64,000 nucleotides of DNA from Candidatus Alangreenwoodia gallinarii (GTDB taxonomy: Bacteria; Bacillota; Clostridia; Peptostreptococcales; Anaerovoracaceae), in assembly GCA_904398315.1 (NCBI GenBank), contig CAJFPD010000023.1, forward strand, positions 2,417 through 66,416. The letters run 5' to 3'. The notes under the pieces are model-generated. The model worked only from the letters and a program-made list of their open reading frames with translations, made no database searches and had not been told where the DNA came from. The first letter of the stretch is position 1; each line of letters begins with the position of its first letter. Below, piece by piece: positions 37,258 to 46,238 of the stretch. A program made the translations under genes and the position numbers.

Positions 37258-39591
37258 TCACCTTTCCATATGTCTCCGCAGCGCTTCCGGACCGCTTTGC
37301 TCCAGCTTTCTCCTGATGAAAAACAACAGCAGCGTGATAACGATCATGCACGGAAGAACGGCCGCGATACAGATTCCCATCTCCCGGCTTACAGGTGTCA
37401 CCTCAAACAGAGAAGGAAGTATTTCCAGAGCGGCAAAAGCGCCGGCGGCCATCGTCACGCAGATAAAAACTCTGAGTTTTGAAAACGGAATACAGCTTTT
37501 GACCACCGCCAGCATGGAAATGATCAGCAGCAGCAGAAACATCACCGTCTGCAGCTGATGCTGTCCGAACGGCGCCTGCAGAGAGAGGACGATAATCATC
37601 GCCGTCACAGCCAGTGCAAACGGAGCCGCATTGGACAGAGCTTTCCCCAGGAAAGTACCTCTCAGCCGCCTCGTATCCGACTCGAAAATCGTCAGGAAGG
37701 ACGGATATGCTTCCACAAAGGCGTCCACCAGCGTGATCTGAATCGGAATAAACGGAAACGGCACGTTGGATATAAGACAGAAAATCGATACGAGAACGGA
37801 ATAGATCGTTTTGATAAAGAAAACTCCCGCCGTACGCGTCACGTTGTTGACGACCTTCCTGCCTTCCAGAAGCACCTGCGGCAGATGCGTAAAGTCAGAA
37901 TTCAGAAGGACGATCTGCGAAATCTGACGGCTGGCGTCACTTCCTTCCGCTACAGCGATGGAACAGTCCGCTTCTCTGAGCGCCAACAGATCGTTGACTC
38001 CGTCTCCCGTCATGGCCACCTGATGTCCGCCCCGCTTCAGAGCCTGAACCAGCAGCTGCTTCTGCTTCGGCGTTACCCGCGCAAATACCGCGTAATCCTG
38101 ACAGATCCGGTCAAAGTCGGCATCCTCTCCTACTGCGGACAGATCGATAGCGTCGTTCCAGCGCCGCAGTCCTGCCTTCTTTGCGATCATGGAGACAGTC
38201 TTCAGATGATCTCCGGAAATGACCTTGACATCTACCCCTTCTCTGTGGAAATAGTCCAGCGTTTCCCGCGTATTTTTCCGTATGGTATCCTCCAGAATGA
38301 TGACATAAAGAGGCAGCAGATCACCCGGAAGATGCTCTTCATCCTCCCATGCCTGACCGCTGTATCCTACGGCCAGCACACGGTGTCCGTTTTCCATCTG
38401 AAGTTCCGCTTCAGCAGGAAGCGACTTCAGAATGCGTTCCGGCGCTCCCACAAATACGGTCCCCGCTTCCTCGAAACGTACAGCACCCCACTTTCTTTTA
38501 GAAGAAAACGGTATTTTTCCCGCCGGGCGATAGAAGAGTTCCGGAGAAAATCTCCTCTCCATCGCCTGAAACGTCGCGTTATTATCATCGCTGGCAGCCA
38601 GATAAGAGCGAAGGAGATTTTCTGTCTCCGCCCTTGGCAGATCAGCCAGCGGTATCACAGAATTTACTTTCATCTTGCCGTCCGTGATCGTTCCCGTCTT
38701 GTCCAGACAGAGCACGTCCACATGTGCCAGCGTCTCCAGAGAATAGATGTTCTGAACCAGAATCTTCATCTTCGCGAGCCGGATGACGCCGGCAGCCAGG
38801 GAAACGGAGATCAGCAGCACAAGTCCTTTCGGAAGCATTCCCAGCAGTGCCGCCGAAAAGGATATAACCGATTCACCGAAAGACATGTCGCGCAGCACGA
38901 AGGCCTCAAGAAACAGAAGTATTCCCAGCGGAATGATCAGAAAACTGGTAAAGCGCGTCACCTTCCGCATGGAATTCAGAAGCTCGGACTGAAGCTGCTT
39001 TTCCTTCTTCACTTCCTCCGCCAGCTTCGTGGCGTAATTTTCGCTGCCCACATGAGTTACCTTCGCACAGCATTTCCCGGAAATAACGGAACTTCCCGAA
39101 TAGAGTTCCGAACCCGCTTCCTTGAGTACAGCGTCGCTCTCTCCCGTCAGCAGCGACTCATTGACCTCCATCGTGCCGGAAACCACCACAGCATCATTGC
39201 AGATCTGACATCCGCTTTCCAGTACCATGATATCATCCTTGACGATCTCGTCGGTTCCCACCGTAACCCTTTCGCCGTCACGCATGACAAAGACCTGCGG
39301 ACGGTTCAGGATAGACAGATCGTCCACCAGGCGCTTCGCTTTCAGTTCCTGAGCGATCCCGATCACGATGTTTATGATGATGATCAGGATAAACAGCATA
39401 TTCGTATAAGCGCCGACGATAAAAAGCAGTACTGCTATGGTGAAATTCAGAAAATTGAAGAGCGTCAGAATATTCTCCCTGAAAATCTGAGATTTTGTCT
39501 TCGTGATCGACGAAGGCGGGGCACCGCCCTCGCCCCGCTCTCTGCGCTCCCTCACTTCCTGTTCTGTCAGCCCTGATAACTGTTCTTCCAT
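37258..39591 (-). CDS. P-type (E1-E2) ATPase, substrate unknown
   Basis: TGES (LLTGESD), phosphorylation site CLDKTGTIT and hinge MTGDGVNDLLAL. TM4 reads MLPKGL where P2 pumps have PEGL. The ATG at 39591 follows GGGGAG. Confidence 0.9.
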   Translation of the reverse strand: MEEQLSGLTEQEVRERRERGEGGAPPSSITKTKSQIFRENILTLFNFLNFTIAVLLFIVGAYTNMLFILIIIINIVIGIAQELKAKRLVDDLSILNRPQVFVMRDGERVTVGTDEIVKDDIMVLESGCQICNDAVVVSGTMEVNESLLTGESDAVLKEAGSELYSGSSVISGKCCAKVTHVGSENYATKLAEEVKKEKQLQSELLNSMRKVTRFTSFLIIPLGILLFLEAFVLRDMSFGESVISFSAALLGMLPKGLVLLISVSLAAGVIRLAKMKILVQNIYSLETLAHVDVLCLDKTGTITDGKMKVNSVIPLADLPRAETENLLRSYLAASDDNNATFQAMERRFSPELFYRPAGKIPFSSKRKWGAVRFEEAGTVFVGAPERILKSLPAEAELQMENGHRVLAVGYSGQAWEDEEHLPGDLLPLYVIILEDTIRKNTRETLDYFHREGVDVKVISGDHLKTVSMIAKKAGLRRWNDAIDLSAVGEDADFDRICQDYAVFARVTPKQKQLLVQALKRGGHQVAMTGDGVNDLLALREADCSIAVAEGSDASRQISQIVLLNSDFTHLPQVLLEGRKVVNNVTRTAGVFFIKTIYSVLVSIFCLISNVPFPFIPIQITLVDAFVEAYPSFLTIFESDTRRLRGTFLGKALSNAAPFALAVTAMIIVLSLQAPFGQHQLQTVMFLLLLIISMLAVVKSCIPFSKLRVFICVTMAAGAFAALEILPSLFEVTPVSREMGICIAAVLPCMIVITLLLFFIRRKLEQSGPEALRRHMER

Positions 39592-39969
39592 CGATTTTCT
39601 CCCCTTTCCCACAAAATTACACCGCCGGCCCCCGATCCGCTGTTTACGGAAATATCTGCAGCACAGCATTTTCTGAAGACAGAAACTCCTGTCTCTTCCT
39701 GCGTCCCGAAACATCCGCATTCCTCGGAATAAAGCGGAACAAAACAGAACGCCGCACGGTTATTAGTTCTCTAATGAAAATCATACCATGCGGCGTTAAA
39801 TATTTTTCTACGATATTCTAAACTTTTTTTAAATTCCTCACCGGCATATCACACTGTCCCCCTGATTCCGCAGATGTCAGATTCATGGCGGCCGGTGCAG
39901 GCTATACCGGGGAACCGTTTCCGAAATTTCCTTACAGCTGTCCGGCCGCGAAAAAATATTCTGTCCGGA

Positions 39970-41106
39970 TCAGCCGAACAGATTCAGAAATACACCGGCT
40001 ACGACGACAGAACTTATGACACCGGCCACATTCGGACCCATGGCATGCATCAGCAGATAATTGGTCGGATCCTCCCGCTGCCCCTCTCTGTGAGCGATGC
40101 GGGCTGCCATAGGAACGGCCGATACACCTGCCGCACCGATCAGAGGATTGATCTGCTTTTTGCTGAAGAAATTCATGATCTTGGCAATGACAATGCCGCC
40201 CGCCGTTCCGACGGCAAAAGCGATCACACCCAGCACCAGGATGAAAAGCGTTTCTTTTCTGAGAAAGAGATCAGCCCGCGCGGACGCGCCTACAGACAAT
40301 CCCAGAAGAATCGTCACGATATTGATCAGCGCATTCTGCGCCGTTTCCGACAGCCGCCCCGTAACGCCGCTCTCACGCAGCAGATTTCCCAGCATCAGCA
40401 TACCGATCAGAGGCGCTGCGGACGGCAGAAAAATGATGACGATAAATGCGGAAACGATAGGAAACAGAATCTTTTCGTTCCTGCTCACCTGACGGGGAGG
40501 ATCCATGCGGATAGAACGCTCTTTTTTCGTCGTCAGCAGCCGCATGATCGGAGGCTGGATGATAGGCATCAGCGCCATACAGAAATAAGCTGCCACAGCC
40601 ACCGTTCCCAGCAGTTCAGGAGAGAGCATCAGTGCCACGAGGATCGAGGTCGGACCGTCGGCTCCGCCTACAAAACCGATGGTCGACGCCTGCTGTGCCG
40701 TGAAAAATCCGCTGAGGCTTGCTCCCATAAATGTGATAAAAATCCCCACCTGAGCCGCAGCTCCCAGCAGCAGAGACTTAGGATTTGCCAGCAGCGGTGA
40801 AAAATCGGTCATCGCACCGATCCCCATAAAGATCAGAGGAGGCAGAATCCCCAGCTCATCCAGATGATAAAAATAGTAAAACAGGCCGCCCGCCGATTCC
40901 GCGGAAGGAGCATCGAAAATACCGGTAAGAGGTATATTAGACAGCAGCATTCCGAAGCCGATCGGTACCAGGAGCATCGGCTCAAACTTTTTTCTGATCG
41001 CCAGATAGATAAAAATCAGCGCTACGACGATCATCACACAGCTTTTCAGATCGAGATGGCAGAGGCCGGTGCTCAGGAAAAAATCTCTAAATACTTCTAA
41101 TATCAT
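39970..41106 (-). CDS. mmdB: Na+-translocating decarboxylase beta subunit (OadB/MmdB/GcdB family)
   Basis: 378-aa polytopic protein. The N-terminus and GFGMLLSNIP..GIGAMTDF motifs are typical of the family. Confidence 0.9.
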   Translation of the reverse strand: MILEVFRDFFLSTGLCHLDLKSCVMIVVALIFIYLAIRKKFEPMLLVPIGFGMLLSNIPLTGIFDAPSAESAGGLFYYFYHLDELGILPPLIFMGIGAMTDFSPLLANPKSLLLGAAAQVGIFITFMGASLSGFFTAQQASTIGFVGGADGPTSILVALMLSPELLGTVAVAAYFCMALMPIIQPPIMRLLTTKKERSIRMDPPRQVSRNEKILFPIVSAFIVIIFLPSAAPLIGMLMLGNLLRESGVTGRLSETAQNALINIVTILLGLSVGASARADLFLRKETLFILVLGVIAFAVGTAGGIVIAKIMNFFSKKQINPLIGAAGVSAVPMAARIAHREGQREDPTNYLLMHAMGPNVAGVISSVVVAGVFLNLFG

Positions 41107-41117
41107 ATCCGTTCACC

Positions 41118-41588
41118 CTACTCTACCGCCAGCAGAATATCTCCCGTATTTACTGAATCTCCTTTTTTTACAAAAATTTCTTTTATGCGTCCCGTCTTAT
41201 GGGAATTGATCTCGTTTTCCATCTTCATCGCTTCCAGTATGATCAGCGTTTCTCCCGCATACACTTCATCACCCGGGCTGATGCAGATGTCGAGAACAGT
41301 TCCCGGCATCGGCGACAGAAGCGCATCATCCGCCGATACGGAAGCAGCCGCCGCTTTTCCCCCGGCGGGAGCATCCGTCTTTTTCTTCGGCGTCTTCGGA
41401 GCTCTCGCCCTCTGAATCTGAGAATTATCGCCTTTGTCTGAGGACGGCGCTTTTTTCTCTTGTGCCGGCTTCCCGTTTCCGGCGCCGTCCTTCGTTTCCG
41501 CCGTGCCTTCTGCTGCAGCGTCCATCGCCGCCTCTTCCACTTCCACGTCAAACATCACGCCGTTTACTTTAATATGATATCTTTTCAT
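41118..41588 (-). CDS. mmdC: Biotin carboxyl carrier subunit of the decarboxylase
   Basis: C-terminal biotinyl domain with LEAMKMENEI. Ala/Pro/Lys-rich linker. Confidence 0.85.
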   Translation of the reverse strand: MKRYHIKVNGVMFDVEVEEAAMDAAAEGTAETKDGAGNGKPAQEKKAPSSDKGDNSQIQRARAPKTPKKKTDAPAGGKAAAASVSADDALLSPMPGTVLDICISPGDEVYAGETLIILEAMKMENEINSHKTGRIKEIFVKKGDSVNTGDILLAVE

Positions 41589-42149
41589 CTATCTTTTCCG
41601 TCCTTCCCCGCTGCAGGTTTCCATACCCGCATATGACTTCCATACCGTTTCTTCATAAGGTCTGTGCACAATGCTTCTGATCCGGATCCGCTCCGCAGGC
41701 GTTCCCTCCATGGCAGAAATCGCCGCAATAATTGCTGCGACAACTGCTTCATCAGGATGATCCGCACCTGCTCCTGTCTCCGCTTTCCGATCTTTATTCT
41801 GACCTTTTCGTCCTTCTCCGCCGTATACCGCCGGACCGACGGATGCGGATCTGACCTCACCGCGTATTGTCTCGAATCCGTGCTGCTCCGCTTCCGACTT
41901 TCTCTTGTCGAGCTTTGCGCTTCTCAGTTTTCTCGCCCGGTGTACCTGACGCCTGTATTCCTGCTTCAGCTCGTAACGTCCTACGATCCGCCGCACCAAA
42001 ATGACGATCAGCATCAGCGCGATCAGCACAACGACGGCAAAACACAGTCCTGTCAGTCCTGTCACCAGAGTGGCTTTCAGTTTATCCACCAGCGACATCT
42101 CCGCGATCAGCTCCGGATCCGCAAATTTCTCTATGAGATTTAATTCCAT
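41589..42149 (-). CDS. OadG-family small subunit (delta/gamma-like), unusually long at 186 aa
   Basis: N-terminal TM helix (LTGLCFAVVVLIALMLIVILV), long basic linker, and C-terminal EAVVAAIIAAISAMEG..IRIRSI as in OadG/MmdD. Confidence 0.7.
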   Translation of the reverse strand: MELNLIEKFADPELIAEMSLVDKLKATLVTGLTGLCFAVVVLIALMLIVILVRRIVGRYELKQEYRRQVHRARKLRSAKLDKRKSEAEQHGFETIRGEVRSASVGPAVYGGEGRKGQNKDRKAETGAGADHPDEAVVAAIIAAISAMEGTPAERIRIRSIVHRPYEETVWKSYAGMETCSGEGRKR

Positions 42150-42254
42150 ATAGTCAACCTTTCAAAAGTGAATGGAATTTCCGCCCGGCCGCCGCGTCCG
42201 CCGCACAGCGTACCGACAACTGCCGGGAATTCCGCACATATGTGAAATCAGCCA

Positions 42255-43796
42255 TCAGAGAGGAATATTTCCGTGCTTTTTATAAGGCCGGCTTTCACGT
42301 TTTGACATGAGCATATCAAAAGCCGATGCGACGCGCTGCCGTGTCGTCGCCGGATCTATGACATCGTCCACATATCCCATCTCCGCTGCACGGTAAGGAT
42401 TGGAAAAACGCTCATTGTATTCGTCGATCTTTTCCTTTCTCAGAGCATCCGGATCCTGTGCCTCTTTGATCTCCTGGGCAAAGACGATATTCGCCGCGCC
42501 TTCCGCGCCCATGACGGCGATCTCAGCGCCCGGCCAGGCATAGACAAAATCCGCTCCGGTCTCCTTGCAGCTCATTCCGATGTAAGCGCCGCCATAGGCC
42601 TTCCTGAGAATCACTGTCACCTTCGGCACAGTAGCCTCACAGAAAGCGTATAAAAGCTTCGCTCCGTGACGGATGATACCTCCGTGTTCCTGCTGCGTTC
42701 CCGGCAGAAAGCCCGGCACATCCTCCAGGACGAGAATCGGTACATTGAAGGCATCACACAGCCTGACGAAACGCGCCGCCTTATCGGAGCCGTCGATGTC
42801 GAGACATCCTGCAAAATATTTCGGCTGATTTGCCACGACACCCACCGTATGGCCGCCGATCCGGATATAGCAGGTGACGATATTTTTTGCAAAGTCTCCC
42901 GCCACATCGAAGAGCTTTCCGTCATCGGCGATGGTCCGGATAACATCATACATATCATAGGCACGGTTCATGGAATCGGGCACGATCCCGCTGATCTCCG
43001 GTATCAGACGGTTCACATCATCACCGGTCTCCTGATAAGGAGGATTCTCCGTATTATTGGAAGGGATATAACTCAGAAGCTCTCTGACGTGAGCGATGGC
43101 CTCTTCGTCCGACTTATCCGCAAAATGTGCCACGCCGCTGCGAGTGCTGTGCGAAGAGGCTCCGCCCAGCGCTTCCGACGTGACTTCTTCTCCTGTCACT
43201 GTCCGGATAACGGCAGGACCGGTGATAAACATCTGACTCGTGCCCTCCACCATGAAGATGTAGTCCGTTATCGCCGGTGAATAGACGGCTCCTCCGGCAC
43301 ATGGTCCCATAATGACGGAAATCTGCGGAATTACGCCGGAAGACTGCGTATTATTGAAGAAAATCCTTCCATAGCCCGAAAGCGCATTGACGCCTTCCTG
43401 AATTCTCGCGCCGCCGGAATCATTCATGCCGACGATAGGTGCACCGCACTGCAGTGCTTTTTCCTGAATGTTTGCAATTTTTCTCGCATGAACTTCCCCC
43501 AGAGAACCTCCCAGAATCGTAAAATCCTGAGCGTATGCGCATACCAGCCGGCCGTTTACCGTTCCGTACCCGGTAACGACACCGTCTCCCGCATAGTGCT
43601 GCTTTTCCATGCCGAAATTCGTACATCTGTGTATCATAAAAGAATCTGTTTCCACGAAACTGTCTTTATCGAACAGAAGATTCAGACGTTCTCTCGCAGT
43701 CAGCTTGCCTTTCTTATGCTGCACATCGATCAGATTCTGTCCTCCTCCCAGACGCATCTTTTCTTTCAGCTCCTGCAGCTCCGTCAGTTTGCTCAT
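42255..43796 (-). CDS. mmdA: Methylmalonyl-CoA decarboxylase alpha subunit (carboxyltransferase, PccB-like)
   Basis: KGKLTARERL..DFTILGGSLGE..GPCAGGAVYSPA motifs. The ATG at 43796 follows GGAGGAAGG, and the track N-terminal extension is Arg/Gly-rich. Confidence 0.9.
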   Translation of the reverse strand: MSKLTELQELKEKMRLGGGQNLIDVQHKKGKLTARERLNLLFDKDSFVETDSFMIHRCTNFGMEKQHYAGDGVVTGYGTVNGRLVCAYAQDFTILGGSLGEVHARKIANIQEKALQCGAPIVGMNDSGGARIQEGVNALSGYGRIFFNNTQSSGVIPQISVIMGPCAGGAVYSPAITDYIFMVEGTSQMFITGPAVIRTVTGEEVTSEALGGASSHSTRSGVAHFADKSDEEAIAHVRELLSYIPSNNTENPPYQETGDDVNRLIPEISGIVPDSMNRAYDMYDVIRTIADDGKLFDVAGDFAKNIVTCYIRIGGHTVGVVANQPKYFAGCLDIDGSDKAARFVRLCDAFNVPILVLEDVPGFLPGTQQEHGGIIRHGAKLLYAFCEATVPKVTVILRKAYGGAYIGMSCKETGADFVYAWPGAEIAVMGAEGAANIVFAQEIKEAQDPDALRKEKIDEYNERFSNPYRAAEMGYVDDVIDPATTRQRVASAFDMLMSKRESRPYKKHGNIPL

Positions 43797-43976
43797 AATC
43801 TGCCTTCCTCCATCATACCTGCCGCTCCGCCGTCCTGCACCTGCCGGTCTGTCTGTCACCACAGCCGGATTGTCCGGCTGCCCTTCCGATCATTTCACTC
43901 TTCAGAAGCGGATCGGGGAATCGGTAAATTTTATTTTGATTATCAAAAAGTTTTATGATAAAAGCAATCATTTTCT

Positions 43977-44005
43977 ATTTTATGTCATCGGAATATCTCT
44001 GTCAA
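43977..44005 (-). promoter_or_regulatory. Candidate sigma-A promoter of the decarboxylase operon
   Basis: Minus strand reads TTGACA (44000-44005), a 17-nt spacer, then TAAAAT (43977-43982). About 180-nt leader. Confidence 0.5.
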
Positions 44006-44006
44006 T

Positions 44007-44032
44007 ATGAATCGCAAAATGAATCGCAAAAT
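44007..44032. repeat. Tandem 12-bp direct repeat ATGAATCGCAAA x2 (plus AT)
   Basis: Exact copies at 44007-44018 and 44019-44030, immediately upstream of the -35 element above. Confidence 0.9.
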
Positions 44033-44052
44033 CCGCTCCGCTTCCTGTCCTG

Positions 44053-44757
44053 TCATCTGTTCTCTGTCGTCATCTGCTGCCTTTTCATCTGCTGCAGAAG
44101 CTGTGACAGCTTACCCCCGCTGGCCGCATCCATGGAATTCGTCATCGGCATGACTTCCGACCGGACGACATCGCGCATTTTTCTGACATGGCCGCGATAT
44201 TCTCCGGTGATCACATATCTCAGCAGCTCAGCCGTCTTCTCCGCATCGTACAGTGCCCGGTGAGCTCTCTTTTCATCAAATTCGATGCCGCACTCCTTTA
44301 CAGCCGTATGCAGCGCCGGTCTCGATCTTCTGCCTCTTCCCATAATCCGCGGATAAACAGCCTGAAGATCCGTCCATCGTCTCATATTTTCCGGAAACCG
44401 GATGCCTTTATAAAAGCATTCTCTTTTTATCTGAAGCAGATCGCTGTCGCTCCAGCTGTAGATACGCGCCTTTTCCGAACCGATCCATTCCGAAAATTTC
44501 CTTACTGCAATGTCAAAGGTATCTGCAAAAGACAGATCCTTCGTACAGATTCCCGTAAGTTTCGTGACGGTCGCTGAGACACTGCGGCTGTACTGCGGTC
44601 TCACCATACAGCAAAAGCGGTCATCCGTATTTCCATATTTGTCCAGTTTTAGCGCTCCGATCTCTATGACCTCCTCGCACAGATTTTCCAGCGCATCTTT
44701 GTTTTCTCTCGATACAGGAGTCATTTCAAAATCCAGTACTACGTGATGAACATACAT
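44053..44757 (-). CDS. DEDDh 3'-5' exonuclease domain protein (ERI-1/DnaQ-like)
   Basis: Exo I VVLDFEMT, Exo II region WSDSDL, and Exo III HRALYDAE. Confidence 0.8.
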   Translation of the reverse strand: MYVHHVVLDFEMTPVSRENKDALENLCEEVIEIGALKLDKYGNTDDRFCCMVRPQYSRSVSATVTKLTGICTKDLSFADTFDIAVRKFSEWIGSEKARIYSWSDSDLLQIKRECFYKGIRFPENMRRWTDLQAVYPRIMGRGRRSRPALHTAVKECGIEFDEKRAHRALYDAEKTAELLRYVITGEYRGHVRKMRDVVRSEVMPMTNSMDAASGGKLSQLLQQMKRQQMTTENR

Positions 44758-44902
44758 AATTGCAGATCCCTTCTTCCGGTAATATTTTTTCTTATCTTTA
44801 TCTTTATTTTTTAATTTTTATGATACATATAGTATTCTAACACATATATCATATCTTTTTTATTGAATCTGCACACATTTGGCCGTTTTCCCTGCAAAAG
44901 CC

Positions 44903-44944
44903 CAAAAGAAAAAGACGGAGAAAACATTCTCACGTTCTCCGTCT
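44903..44944 (-). terminator. Intrinsic terminator after thiI
   Basis: AGACGGAGAA (44913-44922) pairs with TTCTCCGTCT (44935-44944). On the minus strand it is followed by TTTTCTTTT. Confidence 0.6.
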
Positions 44945-44964
44945 TTCATTTCTCTTTTCCTTCC

Positions 44965-46152
44965 TCATTCCGGCGAGATCGTCACCGTTTCCTGCGTTTT
45001 CAGTGCTTTTTCTATCAGAGCCTCCTTATCCAGAGCGGATTCGGATTCCAGAATCCTGGACAGTTTCGGCTTCGTCACCGGATGCTTCGGCAAAAATACG
45101 GTACAACAGTCTTCAAAAGGCCGGATCGACGTCTCATATGTGCCGATATCTCTGGCGATATCCATGATATCCACCTTATCCAGCGCGATGAGCGGACGCA
45201 TCACCGGCATGGAGACCGCATTATCTGTCACAACGAGTCCCTGCGCCGTCTGGCTGGCAACCTGACCGATATTTTCTCCCGTAATCAGCATGTCACATCT
45301 GTTTGCTTCCGCGATTCTCTCTGCGATCATCATCATAAAGCGCCGGGAGAGGATCGTCATCTCATCCTCCGGACAGTTTTCTCCTATAGCCTGCTGAATA
45401 TCGAGAAGATTGACGGAATGTACCCGGATTCTGCCGCAGTACGACGCGAGAATCCGGACCAGATCGTATACTTTTTCCCGGGCGCGTTCACTGGTATAAG
45501 GATAGGAGTGAAAATGAACCGCCTCGATCAGCATTCCCCGTTTCGCCATCATCCACGCTGCCACCGGACTGTCGATTCCTCCCGACAGAAGAATCATCCC
45601 CTTTCCGTTAGTTCCCAGAGGCAGACCACCGAAACCTTTCATTTTATCTGCGTAAATATAGGTCTGCCCGTGTCTTACATTGACATACAGGATACAATCC
45701 GGATGATGGACGTCTACCTGAAGCACCCCGCAGCGCTTCAGTACCTCTCCGCCCACTCTTCTGGCGATATCAGGCGATTCCACAGGAAACGTCTTATCGG
45801 CTCTTTTCGCTTCCACCTTGAAAGTCCGGATCTGTCTCTCCCTGATGAGTTCGTTCATATATTCCGCCGCCGTACTGTAAATCGCGTCGAGATCGGATTC
45901 CGTTTCCACCGCGTGACTGACAGAAGCTACGCCGAATACTCTCGAAATATCCCGTGCCACTGTCTCTTTCCCGTAAGCAGCCGGCGCTTTTACAAAAATC
46001 AGCCCTTCCCGGCGCTGCGCTTCGATTCCTTCGTATTTTTTCAGATTTTTCCGTATGCGTTCCAGAAGCACACGTTCAAAGTATGGCTTATTCATGCCCT
46101 TCAGAGCCACCTCGCCACACCTGACGATGAACGTATTTTTCTCTTTATCCAT
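44965..46152 (-). CDS. thiI: tRNA 4-thiouridine(8) synthase ThiI
   Basis: THUMP N-terminus (FIVRCGEVALKG) and PP-loop LLSGGIDSPVAAW. Confidence 0.95.
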   Translation of the reverse strand: MDKEKNTFIVRCGEVALKGMNKPYFERVLLERIRKNLKKYEGIEAQRREGLIFVKAPAAYGKETVARDISRVFGVASVSHAVETESDLDAIYSTAAEYMNELIRERQIRTFKVEAKRADKTFPVESPDIARRVGGEVLKRCGVLQVDVHHPDCILYVNVRHGQTYIYADKMKGFGGLPLGTNGKGMILLSGGIDSPVAAWMMAKRGMLIEAVHFHSYPYTSERAREKVYDLVRILASYCGRIRVHSVNLLDIQQAIGENCPEDEMTILSRRFMMMIAERIAEANRCDMLITGENIGQVASQTAQGLVVTDNAVSMPVMRPLIALDKVDIMDIARDIGTYETSIRPFEDCCTVFLPKHPVTKPKLSRILESESALDKEALIEKALKTQETVTISPE

Positions 46153-46238
46153 AATTCTGCCTTCCCGTCTCTCTCATTTCTATCTCATTTTTTACACCGG
46201 TACCCGCCGGCTTTCCGCCGCTTCCGGCCGCATTGCCG

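Noticed and set aside
37558-39576. 672-aa ORF antisense to the P-type ATPase
   Set aside because: Same reasoning. It has no motifs and an Arg/His-rich composition, and the opposite strand carries TGES, DKTGT and GDGVND.
41185-41860. Several 75-100-aa Arg/Lys-rich ORFs inside and opposite the biotin-carrier and OadG genes
   Set aside because: They are alternative-frame products of the Ala/Pro/Lys-rich linker coding regions and have no independent signals.
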